DNA of 64,000 bases from Podarcis pityusensis (Eukaryota). The notes beneath the pieces are model-generated. The model was not told the origin of the DNA. It worked only from the letters and a program-made list of their open reading frames with translations, and did not search any database. A program made the translations under genes and the position numbers. The stretch lies in the NCBI GenBank assembly GCA_964106645.2, contig OZ067043.1. One strand, given 5' to 3'. Shown piece after piece: positions 52,885 to 64,000 of the stretch (positions within the stretch are counted from its first letter, which is position 1; each line of letters opens with the position of its first letter).

Positions 52885-54228
52885 ACTTCATGGTGAGTAC
52901 TGGCTTTTCTAGAGAAAAAGCACTGCCCAAATGTATAACAATAAGAATAGGCCAGTTAAATCCAGCCAGTGACCAGTCTAGTCCAATATCCTGTTCTCAC
53001 AGTGGCCAACCAGGTGTCCATGTCACTCTCCCCTCCTACAGTTTCCAACAACTGGAATTCAGAAGCAGGATGTCTCCAACAGTGAAAGTAGAACATAGGC
53101 ATCATGTTTAGTAGTCATCTCCCAACTTAATGATTAAATTCTGGGGGAACTGGGCAGTAACACTGAAGAACGACTGCTCTTAGCATCTCACACTAAAAAA
53201 ATTCCAGTGGAACATTTCTGAAAAGGCAAATAGGGACAAAACAGCCAGTGATTTGCTTTCTCGGACACAGGTGCCACAAAAGAGGGTCTGTCTCCCCAAA
53301 AAATAAAATAAAATAGGGGCAACTGGTGTGTTCTGATAGACAATGAAGCCCTGCTGGGATAGCTGATTATATCGTGAGTGCACTTTTTGTGAAACTGAAG
53401 AGCTTCCTTGCAAGAAGAAATCTGGATCCTATGTATCTGTTGCTTGATAAACCATTTATCTAAAAAAGGCTGAAGGCTCTGTCCCCCTGTTTGGAAGAAA
53501 CTGTTGGTTATTTCATTGCACTGACTCCCTTGGCGTCATAGCCATTCAGTGATGTACATGAATGGTTGCCGATTCCCCTTGTTACAGGATTAATAGCTTT
53601 ACAAGCCAGTGGACAGAGCCAGATCTAGAGGCCTAAAATAATGCAGCCTAATGAGCTCAGAGCATCATGGAAAGTAGAAAACCCGTTAACAGAGTTTAAA
53701 AATAAGCTCAAGTGCCGTCAAGAGTTTAAACAGGATAATCGACACAGGTTTCCATTCAACAATTACCTGGGGCGCGGGTGTCACTGGCAATAAATAAAGC
53801 AGCTATATTGGAACTAGCTGGTTAAGTAACAATTAAAAAATAGTTCTCACACAAATATTTCTTTCCAAACGACTGGCACTAATAGAACCGGCACTTGAAT
53901 TGAAGAAAGAGACAATTGAGTTATAGAATTGCTGGCTATTACTGGTTGTTTAAAAATCATGTATATTGTCATCAGAGGAATTTCTGTACCTTCAGTTTGG
54001 AAAGATGCATTTTCTTCCTGTTATCTCTATTCTTTTTGTTGATGTTAAGTTCAAAATGCTTTTAAATTTTCATCTAATCCAATTGGATATGAATTAAGGA
54101 TTGGGCCAGGGGAGAGGCGTTGATTTGTGGGGAGGGGGGCAATTAGATATCGGGGGGGGCTCATGCAGTTCCCTGTATAACAAATTGACTCAACATGTCC
54201 TTCTTCCATGTGGCCTTTATCTTCACAG

Positions 54229-54624
54229 ACCAAGGCACCCATGAAACCCAAAGTATGCATCTGTGCCTGCAAGATGTCACAGGAGAAGAATGCAGCCAAA
54301 GCTGCTGCGAACAAGCATCAGAAGCCATTTCCAGTAGCTCTGGGCTACAAAATGGAGCAGGCTTTAGTTTCTCAGTATGTCCCTGTTGTTCTCCACCCTG
54401 GAGGACACAAGCGTGAGTCTCTCCGATATGCTTTCTACAACCCTAACTACTCCAACACGTACACACCATTTTACACTTTGCAAAAACCCACCTGCGGTTA
54501 TCGGTATTGTCGAGACACAGATCACACGAGGAAGGTGATGGATGTTGAAAGAGTGGATTTCTCAAAATGGAAACCCATTTTTGGGAAGAAGCCAGGCTTG
54601 TCTGCAGCAGGCTCAAAACACTGA
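54229..54624 (+). CDS. CIMIP3: CIMIP3 / GUCA1ANB (ciliary microtubule inner protein 3), main coding exon
   Basis: C-terminal motif FYNPNYSNTYTPFYTLQKPTCGYRYCRDTDHTRKVMDV resembles recalled GUCA1ANB/CIMIP3. It lies between C6orf132 and GUCA1A as in human. Acceptor tttatcttcacag ends at 54228, TGA at 54622-54624, alternative in-frame ATGs at 54241 and 54274. Confidence 0.8.
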   Translation, partial: TKAPMKPKVCICACKMSQEKNAAKAAANKHQKPFPVALGYKMEQALVSQYVPVVLHPGGHKRESLRYAFYNPNYSNTYTPFYTLQKPTCGYRYCRDTDHTRKVMDVERVDFSKWKPIFGKKPGLSAAGSKH

Positions 54625-54852
54625 AATCGCCATGCAGTTAACCCGGGACTTCCATTCAGAGGCTTGAGCTCACTCATTTTCTAAGGCCACTCAGAAGGAG
54701 ATTGTTGTAGGAACTTCAGAAGAAGCAGATCTGCCTTAACAAGAGCTTTTGGGATAAATTGCAACGAAGTCACCCAAGTGCCACTATAAAGCGGGTACCA
54801 AAACCCAGGTTTTAGTTGGCACTTTAAGCTAAGGCTCATCCTGGAGAGAAAC

Positions 54853-54939
54853 AATAAAGGCACCTGGCTTTCCACCTTTTCACGTGAGTCAGCAGAATGC
54901 AAAAAGTAGCAAAGCAGATGATCAAAAACTGTGAATAAA
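54853..54939 (+). terminator. Candidate polyadenylation signals of CIMIP3
   Basis: AATAAA at 54853 and 54934, about 230-310 nt after the stop, followed by T/GT-rich sequence. Confidence 0.5.
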
Positions 54940-55500
54940 ACACCAAAATGCAAAGCCTGTTGAGGAGATTCTATTTATCCTTGTGGCCTCATGCACTCTG
55001 TGTTTTTGTTCCCCACAGTAATGGTAAGGGCAGAAGCAGAAATTATTTATGCTGTACTTTCTTCAGTTTTGCTGTAACATGGGGTGTCAGTGGGGGCTTT
55101 TGGATCTCACGCATGGAGAGTTCTGTCTTCTGAGTTTCAAACAGCCACTGGAACAGGGAAGGTTGATACACAACTCTGTTATACCTTCTCCACTTTGGTA
55201 TAGCATGTGAATGGACTTTCACGGGCTGAAGATGTCACTTCTAAGGCAGGTGAAGAAGGTAGGCAGCCAGTTTAGTGATCTGGGAATTTGCAAAGATGTT
55301 AAGATGGTGGGTGGAAGCATGAGAGGGAAACCCACAGTATCCTAAGCAAGCAGACAGGTCATTGCCACAGCAGGGCTGTGTATCTCCACAGCTTTGTTAT
55401 ATAAGAAGTACCCACCATTCTCTTGAAACATGGAGTGCACCTGAAATAAGGCTCTGCTGTAGTCTAGTGACATGTTGAGAACATTGGACTTCACACAACC

Positions 55501-55935
55501 TGTCAGGGAACTGACATCGGAGCCAGAGGCGGAGGCTAGGCTCTCGAGCGATGCTGGAGAAGGGCCCAGCAGGGGTAGAGGCAGCTCACCATCTGGGGAA
55601 AGAAATCAGCGTAACACCAGGGATAAAGGGGGGCAGATGGGGGAATCGGCGAGGGGGCTCCAGGACTCATCGCCGGAGATCAGCGAGGAGAGCACTGGTC
55701 CTCCGCTACCCACGCCCTCCCTGCGCAGAAGACTTCCGCGCAGGGAGAGTAGGAGGAGACTTGGAGTCAAACAACTTTTATGCTGGAAAAGGTTTAAGAA
55801 ACGCCCACTGACGGATTCTGCTAGCGACTGAACAGCCACGAAGTGCAGGGGCTGTCCAGACAGAAAAGGTTTAACAAGGCAACCTAGCCAGGAGTGGCAC
55901 CAACTTGTGCACGAGCAACCCCCACATTTGTTACA
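55501..55935 (+). mobile_element. Solo-LTR-like element, copy B (435 bp), with a 109-codon open frame
   Basis: TGTCA...TTACA termini, perfect 5-bp TSD CAACC (55496-55500 and 55936-55940), paralog of 39940-40371. Confidence 0.88.
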
Positions 55936-56407
55936 CAACCTATTTGTGTGTATCAGAAACATATTGGTTATCAGGGATGTTATTTGAGGGGCAGGATCAG
56001 TATGTGCTTACCACATTTGGATGTAAGTGAAATGATACAGATTACCATATGAAAAGATTGTGTGTGTGTATGTATATGAGAGAGAGCATTAAGCCCAGAG
56101 TCTAAAATTATTTGTGGGCCCACACAAGTAGGACATCTTAAGTACTGCAGGGGGGAAGAAGACGCAACAACACAAATGCCTGGGACCTCTATGTGTGCAC
56201 TCACTTTGTAAGGATGAGACTGGAGTCAGGATGACTCCTGCTGGGGAAGTCTCCAGCTTCTATCCTCTTGCAAGTGCTGAGCTATTTATTTTTCTGTTTG
56301 TTTTACAGTATGTGTGTTTTCCATCTGCTTTAACAAGGCTGAAGATATTTTAGATGTTATGCTGATGCTGCGTTTCCTTCATGCAGATGTCATTGGGTTC
56401 CCACATA

Positions 56408-56649
56408 CAGTGGTACCTCGAGTTAAGTACTTAATTCGTTCTGGAGGTCCGTACTTAACCTGAAACTGTTCTTAACCTGAAGCACCACTTTAGCTAATGG
56501 GGCCTCCTGCTGCTGCCGTGCCGCCGGAGCACGATTTCTGTTCTCATCCTGAAGCAAAGTTCTTAACCTGAAGCACTATTTCTGGGTTAGTGGAGTCTGT
56601 AACCTGAAGCGTATGTAACCTGAAGCTTATGTAACCCGAGGTACCACTG
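56408..56649. mobile_element. Tigger-like MITE (CAGTGGTACCTCG family)
   Basis: TA-CAGTGGTACCTCG...CGAGGTACCACTG-TA. Confidence 0.9.
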
Positions 56650-58410
56650 TATCCCTGTTTGCAAGGAGGAAGTAGCATGAGAAAGCACTCATAGTTGGTT
56701 GCACTTTATCCAAGTCCAGTTATTTTAAGAAGTTCCACAAGGGCTGCCTGCTGCACACACTATAAAGTATGCATTTCAGTCCTGATACTTTATCTGCATG
56801 GACACAGGCAAGTTACACTCATGCATTGCTAACTGTTCCACGACAGCTCAGGAATCTTACTAAGGAGCATTTGCCACACTTGTTCATTTTATGCCAGGCT
56901 AGGTTATGTAAGTGACCATTGCTGCTGGAATGTTTATTTTAGGGAAACTGAAATAATCCCAAAGCAAAAAACAACCCCAGCTGGACTCATTGCATGGGGC
57001 AAAGTTTAAAACTGTCCCCATCTCGGAAAGAATGGGCTAAATGCCAAGGGGCTTTCTGAAAGAGATGAAGGCAGCCGAGGAAGATCAGAAGTAAATCCTT
57101 AGATGTGTCAATGCAGAGGAGCTTCTAGCAAAAGCCAAATTTAGGTCAGGATAACTAACTGCTGAATTTCAATACTTAGTGGGTCTGCAGCAGATTGGAG
57201 GGAATCCCCTGAAATCCTCTAATTGCGTAGGGGCTATCCCTGGTGCTTAGCAGACATGGTATTTCCTCTGCTATAAACAGGTGTTTCCTCCTTGTCCTTA
57301 ATATTAATCCACTTACACAAGCTGCAGAAGTGTGTCACGAACTGCCTTGCACTGTGCTGCAACTGATTCCTTGATCTGACTTGCTCTTTCCAAAGACACA
57401 GTTTCTTGAAACATATAGAACAAGCAACAGAGATCCAGGGTTTTTTGGGGAGTGGGCAGAAGTGGCAAGACTCACAGAATTTAGAACTGCGTTGTTTTGC
57501 TCTGGCGACCCAGAAACTTCTTGGCAAAAGTTGGCTTCAGTTTTCATGAATTCTTGCAAGACCTGCTAGCTGAGATCTTCTATAATTTTATGTATTTGTC
57601 TCTTAAGTTCTATGGGGTGCTGCTGGGAAAGCATTCCATGTGGGCATATATGGTAATAAATGAAACAATGCGATCATTGGAAAATGTGGGTGACTTAATG
57701 GCAGAATCCTATACATGTATGCGCAGAAATATACATGTATATCTCAGATATACAAGTATATCTCAGAAAATACATGTATACGCAGCTATACATGCATATC
57801 TCACAAAAGTGTGCATTGGATTGCTCTTACGGTTGCTATTTTAATAATATTTCAATCAGATTCAGGGCAGGAGTTTTTCTAGGCACTTCAAGGATCCAGG
57901 CACAGGCCAGTGACACCAATGTGCATATAGTTAGCATGTGCTAGTCTTTAAGTGAACCAATTCAGATGGCAGGTGCCAGGGCCTCACCAGCACTGGGCTT
58001 TTAAAAATGGAGAAAAATCAGGCAGGAGACTGGGCTGGTGCAATAGATTCAGAGCTCGGACCTGCTAGGCCACCCCTTAAAGCATTCCTGATTCAGGGTA
58101 AACTGCAATGTAGTGAAGATGGAGACAAATGGGAAAGGGTTCCCAGAAGCAAAACTCTATGCTTTTTTCTAAAAAAAAATGTTTAGAAGTACTCTAATTT
58201 TCCTACTCATATTGAAATACTGCCCCTCAATGAGGCCAAACATAGATTCACAAAATGTTTAGGGGTATGCGTACCCCTGCGTCCCCCCAGAAAAAAAGCA
58301 CTGGCAAAACTGATGCAGAAGTGGTGAGGAGCATTAGGCAGGTGTTGCCTGAAGCAGATGTGTGACAAAATGTGGAGGAAGGGCAGAATAGTTATAGAAT
58401 AATAAGAAAG

Positions 58411-58998
58411 TTGCAGGCCACCCACAATCTCTTAGCGGAATGAGATTCCAGGGGGTTCCAGGTACTTTACTCAGGGTCTGTGTCTCCTTTTGGAAATGAG
58501 GCGCAGCTGAGACTATGGTCTTTTTATGTTATATGGTTTATTCAGTAATCTATACAACCTGAGCCTACAATGGAGGAGTTCATAGTGTCACCACTCCAAG
58601 AGGGTCTTGTTTTTCCCAGAGGTGCACCCTAGGGTAGGACTCAAGCACAGCTGCAGCTGACTGCTGCTTTGTGTTTCAATCACATAACTCCTAACTCACA
58701 TTGCTTCTAACACTAACCTCTCTAAGCTCTGGCTTTATCTAACTGAGTTGAGCAAGGTGGCCCCAACCACCTGCCATCTCATACCAAGGCCCTCTGATCC
58801 TTTGTCCTCTTAATTGCTCATCCCCCCAGGCTGAGAAAGTTAGCCTAGCTTAATTAGCTTTTAACATTTGCTGATTCCAGGGGTTAAAAGTGTCTGGCAC
58901 ACAGCTTAAAACACAGTGCTCTGGCCTCCAGTTTTAACGCTCCAAGCCTTATTAAATTCTAACACCTACTGGACCCAAGAGTTTAGGGTGTCGTAACA
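58411..58998 (-). mobile_element. LTR-like repeat, family copy 3
   Basis: Same core, ends ...TAACA. Boundaries approximate. Confidence 0.6.
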
Positions 58999-59454
58999 CC
59001 CACAAATTCCTCATAATAATAAAGAGGAAAGCTGACACGTGGAAAGACATCTCCCTTTCACACTGGGTTGCTGGAAAAAATGGGGCTGTGCAGCTTAGTG
59101 TTTTTCCCTGTTGGATGGATACAAGTATGACTTGGGGAGATGAAGGCTATGTACACACTAGTAGCTTAAAATACAGCAAGGTCAACACTCCACCACTGTG
59201 TTTCAAGTCTATTTGCATGCTGCTGTACACACCAGAGAGGGGGCTGGGATGTCTTCGCCAGATGAGCATTCCCTGTTTGATTTCCCCATCACTATTTGTG
59301 AAGCTATCATACACTGTCATCCATGTATATACCGTGGCTGTCTCAAATGTACACACCTCAGCTTTACTGCGAAATGAATGTGGCTTATGTTTTTGGATGG
59401 AAGCTGGCTTGAGGGAAAACACATCAAATGGCAGTATTTCTCAAGAAAGTTGAC

Positions 59455-59640
59455 AAGACTGAGGTGACCTGATAGAAGTTCATAAAATTACTCAGGACCT
59501 GGAGGAAATGGACAAAGTAAAGTTTCTCTCTCTCTCTCTCTCATAACTTGTGGACACCCAATGATGCCGAATGTTAGAAGATTCAGGACAGATAAAGTAT
59601 TTGTTCACACAGCACATAGTCAAAGTATGGAGCTCATTCT
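59455..59640 (+). mobile_element. CR1 LINE 3' fragment
   Basis: gactgaggtgacctgatagaagtt...ttcaggacagataaag...ttcacacagcacatagt...tggagctc resembles CR1 ORF2 ends. Confidence 0.6.
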
Positions 59641-59684
59641 GTCCTGTATGCCATATCTGCACAAGCCTGATAGAATCAAAAGAG

Positions 59685-60020
59685 AAGTGGATTAGAAGCT
59701 TACAATGTCTTCAGGTAAATCCTGCCATTTTAATCTCCTGGGTCCCATAATCTGCAAAACGCTTTCCCATTTTACCACCTTTCTATTTTTTGCCCTGAAC
59801 TTCCCATGCCCCTTTTGGGATCCCATCATAGGACTCTTCTCTCATTGGCTGGAGGAGGATTTAGTGGGTACTTAAACATCAGGTGCTTCTTTGAAGAGGC
59901 TTTTGCAATTTTAAAACTCCATCAGAGAGCGTGAAATTTTCTCAGGAAGCTCCCCCAATCATCCCTGCTCTTTAGCAAGCCTTAGGAGGTTTGCTGTTTT
60001 CTTTCACTTATAAATACCAT
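59685..60020 (+). promoter_or_regulatory. GUCA1A photoreceptor promoter
   Basis: GGATTA at 59689, TAATCT at 59731 and 59748 (CRX/OTX K50-homeodomain-type motifs), CCAAT at 59955, TATAAATA at 60009, about 100 bp upstream of the ATG. Confidence 0.6.
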
Positions 60021-60109
60021 ACCGCCTGCTTCTGAACTGTAACAAGGGGGAAGCCTCTAGAAGTCCTCCACTGTTTTCTGAGAGACGTGCTCACCTCTTT
60101 TGCTTTACA

Positions 60110-60307
60110 ATGGGGAACATGGATGGAAAGTCTGTTGAGGAACTGAGCGCCACCGAGTGCCACCAGTGGTACAAGAAGTTCATGACGGAGTGTCCCTCCG
60201 GTCAGCTGACCTTGCATGAGTTCAAGCAGTTTTTTGGCTTGAAAAACCTGACTCCAGCATCAAATGAATACATCGAGCAGATGTTTGAAACATTCGACTT
60301 TAATAAG
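60110..60307 (+). CDS. GUCA1A: Guanylyl cyclase-activating protein 1 (GCAP1), coding exon 1
   Basis: [47 protein letters not shown]...MFETFDFNK has Gly2 for myristoylation, the non-functional EF1 with CPxG, and the start of EF2. Donor AAG|GTGGGT after 60307. Exon 2 was not seen in the window. Confidence 0.96.
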
Positions 60308-61399
60308 GTGGGTATTCAGCTGCAGTCAGACAACATTCTGTTTACATATGTAATGCCCATACATATAAGAACATGTGGTTCTTATCTAAAATACTATGAA
60401 ATAACATCTAATCCTCACAGTGTTGATCTTTGCCGTTTTTACTTTGTTTGATATAGAACAGTAATTTCTGTCTGTCTGTTATGATATTGCACACTTTCTA
60501 TTTTTTTTGAATGGAATGTGCCTTTCTCAGTTTTGAATTGCTGCTTGTGAACGTGCTATATGTGTTGGATCTTTTTCAGGAGTAGTCTGGTTATTATTGC
60601 TAGTTTAATCATTTACTTTTACTGCTGGATTAGATGGAAATTTCAAAGCCTGCCGTTTTCAAAGTCCTGCACCCAGAACCCCGCCACATGAGCATTTCTG
60701 AATATTTGTAACAAAAAACTCTGTTACCTGCATCTGGAAAGCAAATTTCCTATTACTGCTGATGCTCTGAATATTCTGATCATGCAACACTCCTGAGGAG
60801 CTTCTAGTCTCGTTTTAGTCTGGTGATCTTCTCCAAGCCTTTTTCGGGGGAGCTGGAATATTGGTTACTGCTGCCCCATGGAAAATACTGCTATTCTGAT
60901 TATGTGCTGACAGTGACCTGTTTAACATCAGTGGAGTTGATGCAGGGTCATCACATGTGGAGTGCTGGCAAACCAGGAGCAAAGCTGTATAAGAAGCTTT
61001 CAGGACCTAGGGGCATGTAAAGCTTATTTTCTAGGCAAAAGGCCCTAGGGTCAATTCCTGCTGTCATTCAGCATGTGTTAAGTATAGAATTGATCTGCAG
61101 ATGTCAAAGGAGGCAGCCCTGTCTTTACTCTTAAGTCAGATGTGTTCTACATCCGTTTAACAGGGGAGCTGTAAGGATCCCAAATCTTTTTCTAAGTGCC
61201 CCAAGTATTTCTGGGTATAAAATGAATTTGAGGGAAATTGTGTTGTGGGGTGATCTGGGTTGGGGAAATCATTTAAGATAATTTCATCTGGAGATAATTT
61301 GGGGGAGAATGAATGGGGTTCAGGCATGGTGTGTTAGGTGGGGTGCCGCTGTTCATCTGTCCTCCTGTCTGGCAAGGAAGCACTGGGTTCACAGCAGCA

Positions 61400-61820
61400 A
61401 AGGCATACCCTCTAACATTTTGCTGATGAAAATAGGGACATCCTATTTAATAATGATGATGATGTTATTATTTATAACCTGTCCATCTGACTGGGTTGTC
61501 TCAGCCACTCTGGGTGGCTTCCAACATATGTAAAAAACATAACAAAACATTAAACATTTAAAAAACTTCCCTATACAGGGCTGCCTTCAGATGTCTTCTA
61601 AAGGCTGTATAGTTACTTATCTCCTTGGCTCAGGGATCGCATAATCTCCAACATTTACCTGATGAAAATAAGGACATTCTACCATACCCTTCAATATTTA
61701 TCTGATGAAAATAGGGACATCCTAAGGAAAAGTGGGACACTCCAAGATCAGATCAGAAACCAGAACAGCTTCTGTAAATGCAGGATTGTCCCTGGAAAAT
61801 AGGGACACTTGGCAGGTCTG
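61400..61820. mobile_element. Old DNA-element with repeated 'ctgatgaaaatagggaca' units, interrupted by a LINE 3' fragment (about 61460-61645)
   Basis: Copies of the motif at about 61422, 61659, 61702 and 61793. Confidence 0.5.
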
Positions 61821-62247
61821 CAAAGCTGCTCTTTCAAGGTGTCTCCAGTGAGGTTTTTTAAAAAGCCTTGTCACTAATGAGGCTCTTTCAGTGGATAGCC
61901 AAAGACAAAATGAGAATTGCTATTATTATTTTATTATTTATTAATTTGTATACCACTTATATGCCAAAATGGCATATAAGGACTGAACCAATAACTGAGC
62001 CAGAGAAGTGAAGGTTAGTTATAGAGGCATGGATTATGATCAGTTATTCAGTAGCTCATTAAATTCTGAACCACAGAGTCTGTAAGTCTTTTCTATACCT
62101 CTCTGCACTACCCTAGTTATTTTAGAAAAATGGGGCAACAGTGTTCAGCAGTGTTCAACTGTGAAATATTTTGGACAAATATTAAATGATATAAACACCC
62201 CGTGCTTGCAGAAAGTCATTTTAAATTATTAGAGAGTATTTTACAGT

Positions 62248-62282
<35 letters not shown>
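62248..62282. repeat. (GA)n microsatellite
   Basis: Direct reading. Confidence 0.9.
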
Positions 62283-62283
<1 letters not shown>

Positions 62284-64000
62284 CTTCGTCTGAAAAGTAT
62301 CATCAGAGACAATGGATAAAGAGGTTATTTAACTGACCCCAAATGCTTCATACCTGTGCAAGAAAGGCTCCCCCAGATATTAGTCTTCCCACAGTTAGAC
62401 TAAAAAGATGAAAAAGATGTAGAGTGTGAGAATGATCCAGCCAAAATTGAGTACTTTATAGTCTTATTGATTCTACTGTAAAATACTTTAAGTAAGTGCT
62501 TAACTTTCCCGCTGACATCACTATGCAGCTAAAAGTGCCCAACTTTGGCTGAACCTGTGTGTGCACTTAAATGTGTGTTAAGTGTGCATCCTTGTATTAA
62601 TTATAAAAGTTAAGTGTGTGTCTCTGTTAAAAGTGAGTGTTAGCTGTGTGCTTGTGTGTTAAGTGTGTGTTTGGGGTGTGTGTGTGTGTTCTCTGTAGTC
62701 ATTAAAAAAACCTTACTGTTTGGCACTTAAACAGTCATCCCTTGTGTTTGTGCATAGGTAAGTGTGATCATGTGTGTGTGGCTGTGTGTGTTTCTGGTTC
62801 TGTCCACTGTGGGGACCTTTGGAATGCTACCCCCAATTACTTTCTACCAGAGGACTGTAGCTCTCCGCCTGAAAATGCATAACATCTATTCACTGTCCAC
62901 AGTCATTTGAAAGTATTAGGATTTGAGTTATTTCATACTACAGAAGTCTACAGAGCAAAACTTACCTTACCTCAACTACTTTAGGCTAAAGGGTGCTGCT
63001 AAGGACACTTGATATCAGAGATGCCGAACCAAAGTTTTGCCTTCCACCTCTCATTGTCTGCAGCCACTATGGCTAGTTGTCAAGGTTAATAGGAGCTATA
63101 GTCCAACAATAGCTAGAGGGCCACAGGTTCCCCATCTTTGTATAATATTTCCTGCTATTTAGTTTCAACAATTGGGGAATGTCCCAGGAAGGCAATGTTT
63201 TGTTCCATCTGCCTCCCATGAAAAAAGAAAGTCACCCCAAATGAAAATTATTCCAGACTTTCTCTTTTCTCAGTTGAGTTTTAACTTCAAAGCAAAAAGT
63301 TATGCAGGCAAAGTGATTCAATGATATATTGTCTCGTTTTTGTTGTGGTAAGAGCTTGCTTCTAATAAAAACAGATTTTAATAATGACATTTCAATTTGG
63401 AAAAATGGTTCTATCATTTCACCTTGTGGTACAGAGCTCAGAATTATCAATTACAAATATTCAAACCGACAATGATAATTTTGTTTTAAAGAATGCCCTT
63501 ATCAGTAAATTCCTGTTTCAGTTTTCACAAAAAGCAACAATAAACTTTTAAGCAGGCATTTGTTCTACTTGTGTCTAAGTAGAGATGGATGCGAAATTTC
63601 ATTCTGTTTTAATTTTCATGTGAACCTAGCTAATTTGCACTTTCTAAATGTGCATATTAGGACAAAGGCATGCTAAAAGGCTGAAGAATTTTTAGGTGAA
63701 CGTTAAAAAAAAGTTCAACAAATGTGGAAATGTGGCAAATTGAATTTAAGATTTTTTTTAAGATGAGAAACAAACTGACAGATTTGTCCATATCTAGGAA
63801 CAGGCAAATTTGTTAGTATCTGTTTCTCTCGGTTCCTCCTCTTTACAATCTTAAATTCTATTCTCCAGATTTCCATATAAATTTGTGATTAAAAAAAATA
63901 ATAATCTCAGGAAAATTCATCAGTGCAGATTTCTCTTCAGATACATTTGTTTTTATGCAACTTTGCCTATTAAACATAGCGATTTCCCCAATATAATCCA

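Noticed and set aside
60308-60451. C-terminal part of the 113-aa ORF (VGIQLQSD...)
   Set aside because: Read-through into intron 1 after the GT donor. GCAP1 similarity stops at FDFNK.

Overview
This is vertebrate genomic DNA, probably from a lacertid lizard, judging by the Sauria-type SINEs and squamate MITE/LINE families. It carries the C6orf132 - CIMIP3 (GUCA1ANB) - GUCA1A synteny block. C6orf132 coding exons 1 and 2 lie on the minus strand (27704-27557 and 11434-11319); later exons were not found. A CpG island sits at about 48.3-49.2 kb. A spliced CIMIP3/GUCA1ANB gene is on the plus strand, with a short ATG-bearing exon at 52013-52082 joined in frame to 54229-54624. GUCA1A (GCAP1) exon 1 is at 60110-60307, preceded by a TATA box and CRX/OTX-type sites. 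The rest is intron or intergenic DNA rich in mobile elements: a young 5'-truncated L1-clade LINE with a 19-bp TSD, older L1/CR1/Penelope fragments, SINEs, hAT and Tc1/mariner MITEs (several nested), and solo-LTR-like elements. The most unusual observation is three short TG...CA elements with perfect 5-bp TSDs (39940-40371, 40501-40865, 55501-55935). Each has a reading frame open from nucleotide 2 that encodes an acidic/Ser-rich region followed by a basic 'L-x-C-W-x-R' tail. In the two related copies the last 42 codons differ only synonymously, suggesting an LTR-encoded protein segment under purifying selection. Most other ORFs in the track are spurious. Gene and repeat identifications come from recalled sequence similarity, not database searches.
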